This document shows, in pieces, positions 13,492-25,504 of a stretch of 64,000 nucleotides of DNA; position 1 is the stretch's first letter, and each line of letters begins with the position of its first letter. Under the pieces are notes generated by a model. It was not told the DNA's origin. It saw nothing but the letters and a program-made list of their open reading frames with translations, and ran no database searches. The DNA comes from Azolla caroliniana (Eukaryota > Plantae > Polypodiophyta): assembly GCA_043228905.1 (NCBI GenBank), contig JBHGNT010000010.1, positions 15,686,001-15,750,000 of the forward strand. Reading direction: 5' to 3'. The translations under genes were made by a program, and so were the position numbers.

Positions 13492-16011
13492 TTAGGCTTC
13501 TTTTCTGTATCCGGTATCAGCATAAATGTTTGACATAAGTATATATGCTGGTGTCTCATCTGGATACATAGCTATAACATGATGAAATATTTCTTTACCC
13601 AGCTCCAGATTCCCATGTATTTGGCAAGCAACCAGTAGACTCAACCAAAGGGTGAGATCAGCATGCTGTGACATTTCCCTTGTAATAACATTCTTTATAG
13701 TCTCAAAATTGCCTGCTCGTCCAAGAAGGTCCATTATACTCCCATAATGTGTCACATTTGGAGAAATGCAATAATCATTCGTCATAGATTCAAAAATCTT
13801 CAATGCCATAGAAAGAAGGCCTGTATGGTTACAAGCTGAGAGAACCGAGGTGAATGTTACCTCATCTGGCTTTAATCCAGTCATTTGCATGCTGTCAAAT
13901 ATCTTCATAATCTCAACAAAATCCCCTTCCCCTGCATACCCACACAGGCATGCATTCCAAGAAACTACTATTGGCTGGGGAAGACCATCTAATACATTTC
14001 GAGCATCTACCATACTTCCACAACTCGCATATGCATGTATAAGTATATTCAAAAGAGAGAGATGCAAATCTAATCCAGATGAAATCATAGTGTAATGTGT
14101 GTGTTTACATATTTCTAGGTTCCCGGTTTCACCACAAGCCTGCAAAATGCATAGAAGTGTGATATCGGTTGGACAAACACCTTCCTTTTGCATCCTTGTA
14201 TACAAACGTAAGGACTCTGTATATTGGCCTCTTTCTCCATATGCCGAGAGCATAGCGTTCCACGAGACAGAATCACGTTGACTCAGATCATTGAATACAT
14301 ACTCTGCTTCTATTATAGCGCCACATTTTCCATACATGCTTATAAGTGTGTTTCCTACCAAAACTTCTGAAGCAATATCCTTTAAACAAGCCTCATTATG
14401 TAGGGTGAAACCCATTTCTAAAGGCATCAGTTTGAACAGTCGGTCTTTTGGAACTGAACCCGTTTCTTTCTTTGCAAGATCTCCACATGCTCGAATCAAA
14501 AGCGAGAATGTGAGCTCATCTTTACTTATTTCATCTTCCTCTATCATTTTCTTATACAACAATAATGCCTTCTTGGCTTGGTTTTCTCCTAGATAGGCAG
14601 AGAGCATTGCATTCCACAATGCAACATCGTGCTCAGAAGAACAAGAAAACACAGCCTCGGCTTCTTCTATAGCTCCACATTTCCCATACAAAGTGACCAA
14701 AGCATTATTGACAAGGAGATTTGCTGCAAGCCCTTGTTCACATGCAAACACGTGTAATGCTTTTCCAATAAAAAAGGCGATCATCTTATTTGATTCTTCC
14801 CCTTGTACGGGGATCTTTTCATCCATATCCACAATATGGGCACAAGCTTGGAGACCAGCTACTATTGTGTGTTGATTAGGATATATACCTTCATGTTGCA
14901 TCTTGAGATAAATCCATAAAGCTTCAATTCCATGGCCTTGCTTGATATATACCACTTGCATTGCAGTCCATGAAACAACATCATGCTCTTTTAAGCATCT
15001 GAATGCATTTTCTGCCCCTACAACATCCCCACATTCACTATACATACCTACAAGGGCAGTTCCAACAATATTCTCTGAGCCAAATGCTTTCTTCCTCAGG
15101 TCAGCATGTACTGCTTGTCCGAGAATGCATGGCATTTTTTCAAAAGCTTCTTTTGCTTTTGCTCTTGATTCTATTTCTTTCTCATCTTTTTCTTTCGCCT
15201 GTCCTTCTTCTTCTACTACTTCATCTTCTGATTGTGAAAGTATGCTACAAGCTTGAAGAAGAATGGAAAATGTATATTGATTTGATTCTACTTTCTCTTC
15301 TTGCATTTGTCTATACAACAAAATAGCTTTCTTTACAAATCCATTTTCAACATATGTACAAAGCATAGCATTCCACGAAACTACATCACGTTTGACTAAA
15401 CCTTGGAATACATTCTCAGCATCGGAAACGTATCCCCACTTTCCATACATACTCACAAGGGTATTCCCAACAAAAGCATCTGCACCAAATCCCTTCTTAT
15501 AAGCTTCTACATGCAACTTTTGCCCTCTTTCCACATCCAATATGATACCACAAGCCTTGAAAAGGCATACAAAAGTGTACTGATTTGGTGCGACACCTTC
15601 TGTTAGCATGCGTTCATACATATTGAGTCCTTCTTGAGCCTCTCCAGATGCAACAAACGAAGATATAATAGAAGTCCATGAGAAAACAGATCTGCATGGC
15701 AGCTTATAGAACAAATCAAGTGCATCAACAACGGACCCACAAGTGGCAAAGGACACAACAATATAGTCTGCGAGGAACTCCGAAGGCTTGACGGAATGCG
15801 AGGTCATGTGTTCATAGACATGCTTTGCATGTTTCAAGCTTTTTCTTCGGTTGCATTGCCTGAGGAGGGAAATATATACATTCTGAGGGGGTGGCTTTTC
15901 CATGTGAAGGAGGCCATGAATCAGGGCATCAAGAGGGTCTTCATTGTTGAAGAGAGGTGAAGTATTGGAGGCATGAGGTGACAGGGGAAGGAGGAGCTGG
16001 GGAATCGCCAT
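13492..16011 (-). CDS. PLS-class pentatricopeptide repeat protein with E-type extension and no DYW domain (putative organellar RNA-editing specificity factor)
   Basis: Single intronless ORF; first ATG at 16011 (the track's 16026 start is a GTG). Repeated P-L-S triplets (VSWNAML, YTF..L..AC, VGNTLVSMYGKCG), followed by HYGSIMDLLGRAG, LWLSLLVACQIHGNLELG and YILMSNIYA, then a stop. Confidence 0.93.
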   Translation of the reverse strand: MAIPQLLLPLSPHASNTSPLFNNEDPLDALIHGLLHMEKPPPQNVYISLLRQCNRRKSLKHAKHVYEHMTSHSVKPSEFLADYIVVSFATCGSVVDALDLFYKLPCRSVFSWTSIISSFVASGEAQEGLNMYERMLTEGVAPNQYTFVCLFKACGIILDVERGQKLHVEAYKKGFGADAFVGNTLVSMYGKWGYVSDAENVFQGLVKRDVVSWNAMLCTYVENGFVKKAILLYRQMQEEKVESNQYTFSILLQACSILSQSEDEVVEEEGQAKEKDEKEIESRAKAKEAFEKMPCILGQAVHADLRKKAFGSENIVGTALVGMYSECGDVVGAENAFRCLKEHDVVSWTAMQVVYIKQGHGIEALWIYLKMQHEGIYPNQHTIVAGLQACAHIVDMDEKIPVQGEESNKMIAFFIGKALHVFACEQGLAANLLVNNALVTLYGKCGAIEEAEAVFSCSSEHDVALWNAMLSAYLGENQAKKALLLYKKMIEEDEISKDELTFSLLIRACGDLAKKETGSVPKDRLFKLMPLEMGFTLHNEACLKDIASEVLVGNTLISMYGKCGAIIEAEYVFNDLSQRDSVSWNAMLSAYGERGQYTESLRLYTRMQKEGVCPTDITLLCILQACGETGNLEICKHTHYTMISSGLDLHLSLLNILIHAYASCGSMVDARNVLDGLPQPIVVSWNACLCGYAGEGDFVEIMKIFDSMQMTGLKPDEVTFTSVLSACNHTGLLSMALKIFESMTNDYCISPNVTHYGSIMDLLGRAGNFETIKNVITREMSQHADLTLWLSLLVACQIHGNLELGKEIFHHVIAMYPDETPAYILMSNIYADTGYRKEA

Positions 16012-16229
16012 AGCCGAGGGCCACACGGCCGCTTCTTCTCCTTCATCTCTTTCTCCTGAGTCCTTTCTTTCTTTCTTTCTTTTTGAGATTACACATCCAT
16101 ATCCATATATGATATATGATATATGATATGTGTATGTTTTTTTTTTGTTAACAAAAATATGTGGGTCTGTCTGTGCCTTGAGTTCTCTTGTGGGCTACAC
16201 TTTAAGTTTGGACTAACCCATCACTCCAG

Positions 16230-16448
16230 GGTGGTTTAGGGTTTAAGGTATAGTTTAGGGTTTATAACAATCGGTAGTTTAGGGTTTATAACAATGGGTA
16301 GTTTAGGGTTTAAGGTATAGTTTAGGGTTTATAACAATGGGTAGTTTAGGGTTTAAGGTATAGTTTTATAACAATGGGTTGTTTAGGGTTTAAGGTTTAG
16401 GGTATAGGTTTATAACAATGGGTGGTTTAGGATTTTAAGGTTTAGGGT
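16230..16448. repeat. Telomere-motif (TTTAGGG)-derived minisatellite upstream of the PPR gene
   Basis: Units of GGGTAGTTTAGGGTTTAAGGTATAGTTTAGGGTTTATAACAAT and partial variants, with multiple exact TTTAGGG copies. Confidence 0.85.
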
Positions 16449-17899
16449 CATGATATCCGAGACACGTGGCCCCACTTGACGTCCTTGCACCCCCAAGCTG
16501 AAGTTTTGGGACGGTCGGCGAGCACTTGAACCTTTCTGAGATGGAGACCATAGTATGTGTAATGATTAATCTCAAAAAGACAGACAGGGAGATAGGGAGA
16601 GGCTAGTAGAAAACGTAGCTCTTTAAATCAATAGTCTTCTGCATCAATTCTATTGTGACACCCATGCCATGAAGACGTACTTATATATGCACACAACATG
16701 GAAACTTGACGCAAGAGAATTGCAATATATATCAAACAATGGTCTGCAAACTAAATATAGAAAGAATGTTAGGGTGCAGGATTTTGCAAAGAAAAAGTGA
16801 GCTAAAGTTTGGTCGAGATAGTCGTATCTAGTATCAAAAGGAAAACAATGGCATGGAGGTGAAGTATTGCAAATACATCGACATGTACTCTTTCAAGAGT
16901 TATTGAAAATACGAGCCCAAAGTATACATGCACAAACCAATAGTATATATACAATAGGCTCCTTATGACACTTATAACGACACATTCTATTTGGTAATTA
17001 AAACCAAGAAAAGCCAATACTTTGTGGGAACCGAACCCCCAATATCAACACTTTCAATTCCAGATTTTGTGGCACTACTTAAAATACCACAAAATTTCAG
17101 CATTTGGTATTTCCCAACATTAAATTGCAAGAAATTCTCATGTAATAGAGTGAGTATTTTTGGCATTAAAAAAAGGCTCAAGAATTGGTATATTACTAAT
17201 AGTAGTTCTACCATTTACTTTTTGTGATAGTAAATGGTAGAACTACTAACACTAATCTTCCTAGTGGTATCGTCAAAACTCTAGACATTAATTGCTTGAT
17301 TTGGATGCCAATATTTCTCACATTACTATTAGGGACAATAATGTTGAAACTACAAGCAAATATGTAGTAATAGACACATTAGTAATGCAACAAATACTGA
17401 AAGTCCTAACCATTATATTAATATCGATATTTTTGGCATTCCTGATTAGTAACAAATTGAAAATTAGAATGTTGAAACCTATTGAGTTTTTGGGTGGGTT
17501 GTACATAGTTATAGAATTTGATGATTATCCACTTGTCCAATATCTTTGAAAATGTCACAAGCCATGTTAAACTATTTCAAAAGAGTAATGAGATTGAAAT
17601 GGAAAACTTTTACTTGTCAACACGAATGGAGAAAGAATTCATGTCTTGTCCTTTGACAAAGTAACCGTGTGAAGTGTTCATCCACAACATAATTACGAGG
17701 ATGATTCTCTTTATTTAGAAAATGTGCAATACATATCCAACATTTTATTCTTTCATGACTCCCCAATCCTCAATACTACTCTATTTTGAGAGTATTCTTC
17801 TAATTTATTTATTTCATACTTCTCAATGCTCATCAATGTTGGTACAACATGCACATGGTACGAAGCAACTCTGGATCCATTATTGATCACCCTCCAATA

Positions 17900-18560
17900 A
17901 TTTTCCAATTGAGATTTTATTGGTTTCTCTTTTTTTATAAGAGAGTGATATCAATGAAATGGGTTGAGTGTTGCCCCCACATAGTAATGAATGAAGCTTT
18001 TAAATAGACTTTACAAAGCAATAAGGTAAACTAAATTGACAAAGTAATTAATTTTACATAGAGTGAGTTGTTTGCCATGCCCATCATATGGTATGACAAA
18101 TTGGAGCTGCAATGTTCTTCTGACCAAAATGCCACAATCGAGAGTTGGACAATTACATGCATTCATGAAAGAGTGGTTATAAGTGTCGTTTGATCATTTT
18201 GGGAAGGATTCAAGTGCATCCATTAATCAAGAAGAATGTAATGGAGAAAACTAATATTTTATCAGGAGAATTAAAAGTCTTAGAAAGATTGTGGTAATCG
18301 TGATGAAATCCTTTTCTATGGATAATGAAGCTTTGGAGGATGATTCTTGTTTTGCGACCATTACCATGATCATGTGAAAGATGGTTTTCTAAGATCAAGA
18401 AGGATAAACATAAAATTTGAAAGCAACTCTTTTAAACATCTTACTTTATTTATGTTTTTGGCCATCAATACACCAAATGGAGACCAACTTTGAAGAGGTT
18501 ATGCAGCACGAATCTTTGAATCTTGGAAGAATGGAAGAATTGGAACATTGACAACATAAT
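17900..18560 (+). mobile_element. Decayed hAT-superfamily transposase C-terminus (dimerisation region)
   Basis: 18320-18540 reads, with a stop and a frameshift, MKLWRMILVLRPLP*SCERWFSK...LTLFMFLAINTP...RIFESWK. This matches the hAT C-terminal pattern KLxxxxLVLPxSxxxCERxFS...LxxLMxxxxN. Upstream extent uncertain. Confidence 0.55.
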
Positions 18561-18856
18561 GTCGATTAATGAATATGCCACGAATATGTGTAGAAACATG
18601 TTTCTATAATATTATGTGGATTGATGTAGTTAATTTTTTTGGCAATGTATTGCATCATTTGTCTATTATGTTACGCAAGTTTCCCAAGTAGATGTTGCAT
18701 GTGTTTTTATCATAGCAAGCCATTTCGTATCATATTATATGGATTTATGAAAATATCTTATATTTGGGCTTTTCGACAATTAATAAAACTTCTAGAATGT
18801 CAACTAATTGCCAATTCGGAAATTTATCATTCTAATGAGATTGACATGTTTTAAAA

Positions 18857-19173
18857 TTACACATCCCATGAAGTGTAGGGTTTTATGTCAAATCCTAACT
18901 TTTGTTGTGGTTGTGGAGAACATGGACATGCAACCATTGTTGGAAATGTTCAACAATGTATGCCTAGTAATGTGTTGACTTTAACTTGTTAACCAAACTT
19001 GAATAGTTTGTATTACACATCCCATGAAAGTATAGGGTTTTATGTCAAATCCTAACTTTTGTTGTGGTTGTGGAGAACATGGACATGCAACCATTGTTGG
19101 AAATGTTCAACAATGTACGCCTAGTAATGTGTTGACTTTAACTTCCTTGTTAACCAAACTTGAATAGTTTGTA
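18857..19173. repeat. Near-perfect tandem duplication of ~157 bp
   Basis: ATTACACATCCCATGAA...CCAAACTTGAATAGTTTGT occurs at 18857-19012 and again at 19013-19173 with only a few substitutions and indels. Confidence 0.95.
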
Positions 19174-19759
19174 ATGGGCATGTGCCCTCCTAAACTTCTA
19201 TATTAAGTCAACCTCCCTACCTTTGTGAAGAAGACATAAGTCGGTATTTTTAGAATCTTCACGCCATGTTGCACCCAAAACAAAGGGTAAAACCACTCCC
19301 CTCCCTCCTTTGAATAAAAATAACTATAAAATAAATGGAGATTACCGTATAACTTCAAAAGAATTACATGTGTTTGTTAAATTTTGGTAAGGGGACAAAC
19401 GAGTTTTTAGGAAGTTGCATACTTACATTACTCTTTTGATAAGAGTGTAAAAACAATTGTTTTCAAATGCAAACAAATGTACATGTTCAAGACAATTAAA
19501 CAAAAACTCATGCCAATTTGGAAAGAGACGAGACAATTAAAGAAAAACTCATGAATATGTTCAAGTACATGTTGTACAACCCTACATTACAGAATTTCCT
19601 CATAGTTGGCTATTGCTACACATTCAATCACTCTGTCAAAGCTTGCAAAGGGAAAATGGTCAATGGCCACGATGGTTCTTTTACAACTTGTGGATTGATA
19701 GAACTGCCCATAACATAGTAATTGGGTTAATGCCAACTAAATTTGTTTCTTGTGATAAA

Positions 19760-20641
<882 letters not shown>

Positions 20642-20687
20642 AGATCTCAATTCAATCGTAGTTGAGTTCTCAATTCAATCGTTTATT

Positions 20688-21525
20688 TTGATTGGGATTG
20701 TACATTTGGAAGATGTGGTTGATAATGAATCTCAAAGGTTGTCGGATTTTGAAGATGCCAAGAGATGGTTATGTATTCCCCCAAATTATGGATTTATTTG
20801 GGAGAAATTACATGATATACCATTGTTGCAAGGATCTTTGCCATTGAAGACCAATTTTGCACCTTGGGTAGATTGGTGATTACAAGATGGTACACGCTTG
20901 TTACAGGTCGCTACAAATATATTGTATCATCATGTGATGGCAGCATTATCTTGGCTATCTCCTAAAGCAACGAAGGTGTGGAATGTATATAAGTCAGATG
21001 CAAGGTGGTGGAAAATATTACAACGTGGTTGGCATTCCCATCTACCATTTCGTGCAAAGGTATTCATATGGAGAGTCATGATTGGTGGGCTCCCATTAGG
21101 TTCGGCCTTAAAGAGACGAGGACTAGGGTCTGGCACTTGTTTCTTTTGCACCGTTCCATTGGAGGATAGTACACATAGGTTCATTAAATGTCCTATAGCG
21201 TGTACCATTTGGAAGTACTTATCAGACATTTGGCAAGTTTTAACCCATTGTTGTTTGAGACCTCAACAATGGGTATGTTCAAAATGCATCAAATGATGAG
21301 ATGGAGATATTGTTCCAATTTTTACATTATTGGGGTCTACAACACAATTGGAATATGCATAATGCTTTCATGTTTGATAATATACATGGGGTGAAAGCCT
21401 ATATAAAGAAGCTTAAAGGTATTCTCATGTGGAATTTTTGGATGTTAGAGCATGTGGGGATCATTTCCTCAAATGCATATTCAGGTTTTTTAGTAGCATT
21501 ACAGAACGTCCCTCTCCCTACATAG
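20688..21525 (+). mobile_element. L1/Tx1-like LINE ORF2 3' fragment (zf-RVT region), pseudogenised
   Basis: W..HLPFRAKVFIWRVMIGGLPLG...CFFCTVPLEDSTHRFIKCPIACTIW is the CCHC zinc-binding region of plant L1 ORF2; stops and frameshifts flank it. Confidence 0.85.
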
Positions 21526-21604
21526 GCATATGATAAGTACATGAGACTAAGAAGTGTTGTAACTAAGTGGATTTTACATACAATTAATATAATTGTGTGC
21601 TTTT

Positions 21605-21607
<3 letters not shown>

Positions 21608-21670
<63 letters not shown>

Positions 21671-21768
21671 AAAGATATATTGACGTCTTCTAAGACCAAA
21701 ATTGGCCCATTAGGCAATTGATTACAGTCATGGGATGTGTACCCAATCATCAAAAATAAAAAATAATG
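21608..21768 (-). mobile_element. Very short RTE-X-like 3' end with (TC)n tail (21608-21667)
   Basis: Minus strand GATGATTGGGTACACATCCCA...GGGCCAATTTTGGTCTTAGAAGACGTCAATATATCTTTCC(TC)n parallels the 3' end of the adjacent long element. Confidence 0.75.
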
Positions 21769-21771
21769 GAG

Positions 21772-21812
<41 letters not shown>

Positions 21813-24742
21813 TATTAATGTCTTCTAAGGCCAAAATTGGCCCATGAGACAAATGGTTTACAACAAAAAATGGGATATTTACCCATTCATCGAAAGTAGA
21901 AAATAAAAATAAAAATAAAAATAGAGTTTTAAGCTAAATAGTTCTAGTAAAATAACAAACATGTTCTACAATGAAAATGATGTTATACTAGGCCTAATTC
22001 ATTTCCATCCAAGTCTCTCGCAGAGAAGCGGGAGGTCAAAGGGTTTCAATATGGATGTGGCCTGTGGCCCCAATGTAAAAGGTGCCCCAACTATAGCTTC
22101 TAGTCGACGTATCTCACGTTCCCTTATCTTCTTAATCCTTTCTACTCCGTGTCGACTTGTTTTGAAGCCCAACATCTGAGAGCGTTTGGTTGTTCTTTGC
22201 ATTTCGGCTTCCTCAAGAGAGAGGCCGAGTGGTGTAAGTGTATCCACATTCATCGTCTCCCCTTGTTCTTGAAAAATTACACTAGTTACAAGTTGGTGAA
22301 TAGTAAAAGGGTTATGGTTAACACTTTGTAATTTATTCTCCATATGTTGTTTTAGCTCTAAGATATACCTACCTAGTCTCTTTACATCCGGGGTATGTAA
22401 TAGTTTGGAGAGGGTGGGAGAGGGTCCTAATATGTCTTGGTATTCCACTCGTATCTCGGCATAAGTTGGGCACTTGCACGTGAAGTGATACTCATCATCT
22501 ATCTCTATGTGGCACAACCTACATAGCTTTTCCTCTCTAGGGATTCTATTAGCCCGACCATTCTCAATCTCAAGTTGGTGAGATGATATCCTACTTTGTC
22601 CAATGGCCACCCTTAGTGCATTTGATAATAATGTATCTAGATATCTTGGTCGTGTGATAAAACCTAACTGAGAAAAGTGCAAGAAGTGTTCCTTATAGTA
22701 CAACATTTTAGATGGGAGTGGCTCTCGTGGGATGATCCATTTATATCGAGTGTAAATTTGCCATATTTCTTGGCATATCACTTTATTACGGTCTTCATGA
22801 GATATTCGAGTTTGATCAGTCCCATGGTTGTACTTAAGGGTGGGTAGGTTATTAATGTCTACGCCGTTTGCAAGTAACAAACTCACCACAGTGCTATACC
22901 AAGAGCTAGTGTCTCTAGATGCATGTAGGGATCAGGATGCCTCAAAGGCTCGACGGGATATCCTATCTTGTCGTTGGCTATGTATCCGATGAATAAAAAC
23001 TACCACTTGAAATAGTGCTTTTACTAACATCGGGGGTAGACTGAACTCTACTCTAATAATGTCATGTGCTACTGTCAATTTGCTTCGGAGTTGACGTGAT
23101 AACATTGTCACCAAAGGTCTCTCTAATTGCGTCCACATGAAAGATGGTAGACATGGAGCCCATACTATTGATGCATACATGAGGGAAGGGATCACTAATG
23201 ACTCGAAGAGCCATCCCTTAGTCTGTGGCTCTTGAAAATATGCTTGGTGGCATTATCTCTCTAAGAGTGAGAGGGATGCATACCCTCTCGTTAGCCTATC
23301 TTTGGCTGCTTGGGTCATCGAGAATTTACCTGAGCGAGCACTAAAAGTGACTCCCAAGTATACATATGATCCAACTACCTCAACTAGTTTATGAGAGAGG
23401 ATTAGGTGACATTTACTCCTAGCTCGGGACGATGTATGAAAGATAAGGACTTTAGTTTTTGCTAGATTCACTACCAGTCCTCGTTGTGTACAAAAGTCAT
23501 CTAGGGCATTAAGATGCTTTTGTAGGCCGTGTTCCGACTCCGAGAGCAAGACAATGTCGTCTGCGTAGAGTAAGAGACTAACTTGCGTATCTCCAATAGC
23601 TACTCCCTTGCCTCCATTACGAGCAATAAAATCAGTGATCTCATAAATGTAGATCCCAAAAAGAGTCGGTGATAGGGGCAACCCTGTTTTACACCAATGG
23701 TGGTAGTGAAACAATCGGATAGGCCACCTAGGCACCTTACGCACCTAGAGACTTGCTCATATAGAGCATAAATGGCCCAGATCATGTCATTTGGTATCTC
23801 CAAGCTTTTAAGTCTATCAAACAACTTCTCCCTGGGAACTGTGTCAAAGGCGTTGCGAAAGTCCACAAAGCAACAATATAGTTTCTTCTTACGAGCCTTC
23901 ATCTGGTCAATTAAGCACCTAAGTGTGAAGATATGGTCAATAATGGAGAAGGCTCGTCTAAAGCCAACCTACTTAGATGCTCGAAGACTTAATGCTTCCA
24001 TATAATCGCTGAGCTCCGCTTCCATTACCACACCATATAGTTTAACGAGCGTGTGACCTATCATAATGGTCCTATATGTATTTGGGTCTATTGGGTCCCC
24101 TCCTTTATGTATAGGGGCCACTGTGTTCATGGTCCATTGTGGTGGAAAACCCTCGGCGAGGGTGCGGTTGAAGATAAGAGTGAGAACGGGGGCTAGGCAC
24201 TCTCGACCATATATGATGTGCTCGGCTCGCAATCCTGTGTGGTCCATGGATTTTCTATGTTGTAATTTTTTTATGACCTTCGTGACCCTAGAGGTCGTGA
24301 AAAGTGTCCCCATGGTAGGTCGGGGTGTGGAAGGCATTGGAATGGGTGGTTGGTTCGGGACATGGTAGAGTCTCTCGATATATGTGTGCCAAATATTGGG
24401 ATCCTCAATGGGTGTTTGTGGTCACGGTTCCCGTAGTCTCTTCCATGCAAGGGCGCAATCCCTACTCATGAGCATATGGTAGAGTTCCCAATATTGGGAT
24501 GCTTCCCAAGCTTGTCTTTTACGACGTGTCATCATGCGCATCTCTTTTTGAGTCTGTACTGAGGAAATAGTACCACTAAGTTGCGACACTTTAAGTTGTC
24601 TATACAACTCTCTACAATCCTCGTCATACCACTTGTTTTGTGGCATAGACCCTATTCTACTATGATTGGAGTGTTTTGTGTATGGGAAGCTACTAATTGT
24701 TGCTGAGTGAAGGATGTGTGCGAGTTCCGTAGTGAGGTTCTC

Positions 24743-24743
<1 letters not shown>
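21769..24743 (-). mobile_element. 5'-truncated RTE-X-like non-LTR retrotransposon (RT plus C-terminal zinc finger), frameshifted
   Basis: Successive minus-strand ORF pieces give IHKGGDPIDPNTYRTIMIG, CFVDFRNAFDTVPR, GVKQGCP/LSPTLFG, LLYADDIVL, YVYLGV and RISSHQLEIENGR...LCRLC...DEYHFTCKC. Stop at 21999, then a 3' UTR ending in a stem-loop and (TTTC)n at 21769-21810. The RTE-X clade call is from motif resemblance only. Confidence 0.85.
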
Positions 24744-24788
<45 letters not shown>

Positions 24789-25500
24789 AAAAACCTAAAT
24801 GAATGTACCTCAATTGGTAAGGTTGCCCAATGGAAATAAAAAAATTCATGGGTTCAACCCTTCGGTTCCACCCATAGTGGCATTCAATAAATTAAGAGGA
24901 TATGTATGTACTATGGAGTAATAGAGACGTCAAAAAGTTGGGTTTGAAACCCAAAACGTAAGATTAGTAGCCTTAGCAACTTACTATTAACATAAGTAAT
25001 TACAATAAAAAAAGAAAGTAAATGAGTTTATTTATTTAAATATGAACCATGGGAGAAAAGTGAAATATTTTTGCATAGTATGTGTGGATTTGTGCATGAC
25101 TCTAGATGTTCAAGAATGTTACTAATGAACAGTACAAGGAGTGTGCACTTTGGGATTCTGAGAGGACTTAGTGGGATTGTGTGACACATCATATCAAAGT
25201 GTAATGCTTTGACACCCAAAAGTTGCTTAGGGAAAAATATACATAATCAACTAGTTGCTTTGTTTATGCCCCAACACCTCGTCTCACATAGACTAGGATG
25301 TGAACTAAGTCATATGAAAACATCAATGTAGGTTGTGGACAAAGGGACAATCTCTAGCATATCTCATTAAGTGTACTTTCCCACATTTGGAGAAGAAGAT
25401 AGTATGGTTGTTTGATGCAACATATGTAATATAATGTGAGAAACTTGGGTCAGCAAAACAAGAACTTGTTGTACTATTAGAAAAAGGTGTAGAATTTCAA
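24744..25500 (-). mobile_element. Old RTE-X-like LINE 3' fragment with (TC)n tail (24744-24784)
   Basis: Minus strand reads LSSHPSLCETRCWGINKATS*LCIF at ~25310-25230. Its terminus TGGGCAACCTTACCAATTGAGGTACATTCAT...(TC)n loosely matches the family 3' end. Confidence 0.6.
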
Positions 25501-25504
25501 TATA

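Noticed and set aside
13850-15606. Several plus-strand ORFs inside the PPR gene (likewise 40263-41191 inside the HLS1-like gene)
   Set aside because: Antisense shadows of real coding sequence.
16012-16026. ORF-track non-ATG starts for the PPR (16026), Atos-like (29812) and HLS1-like (43069) genes
   Set aside because: These are GTG/TTG starts from prokaryotic-style calling; in-frame ATGs lie a few codons downstream.
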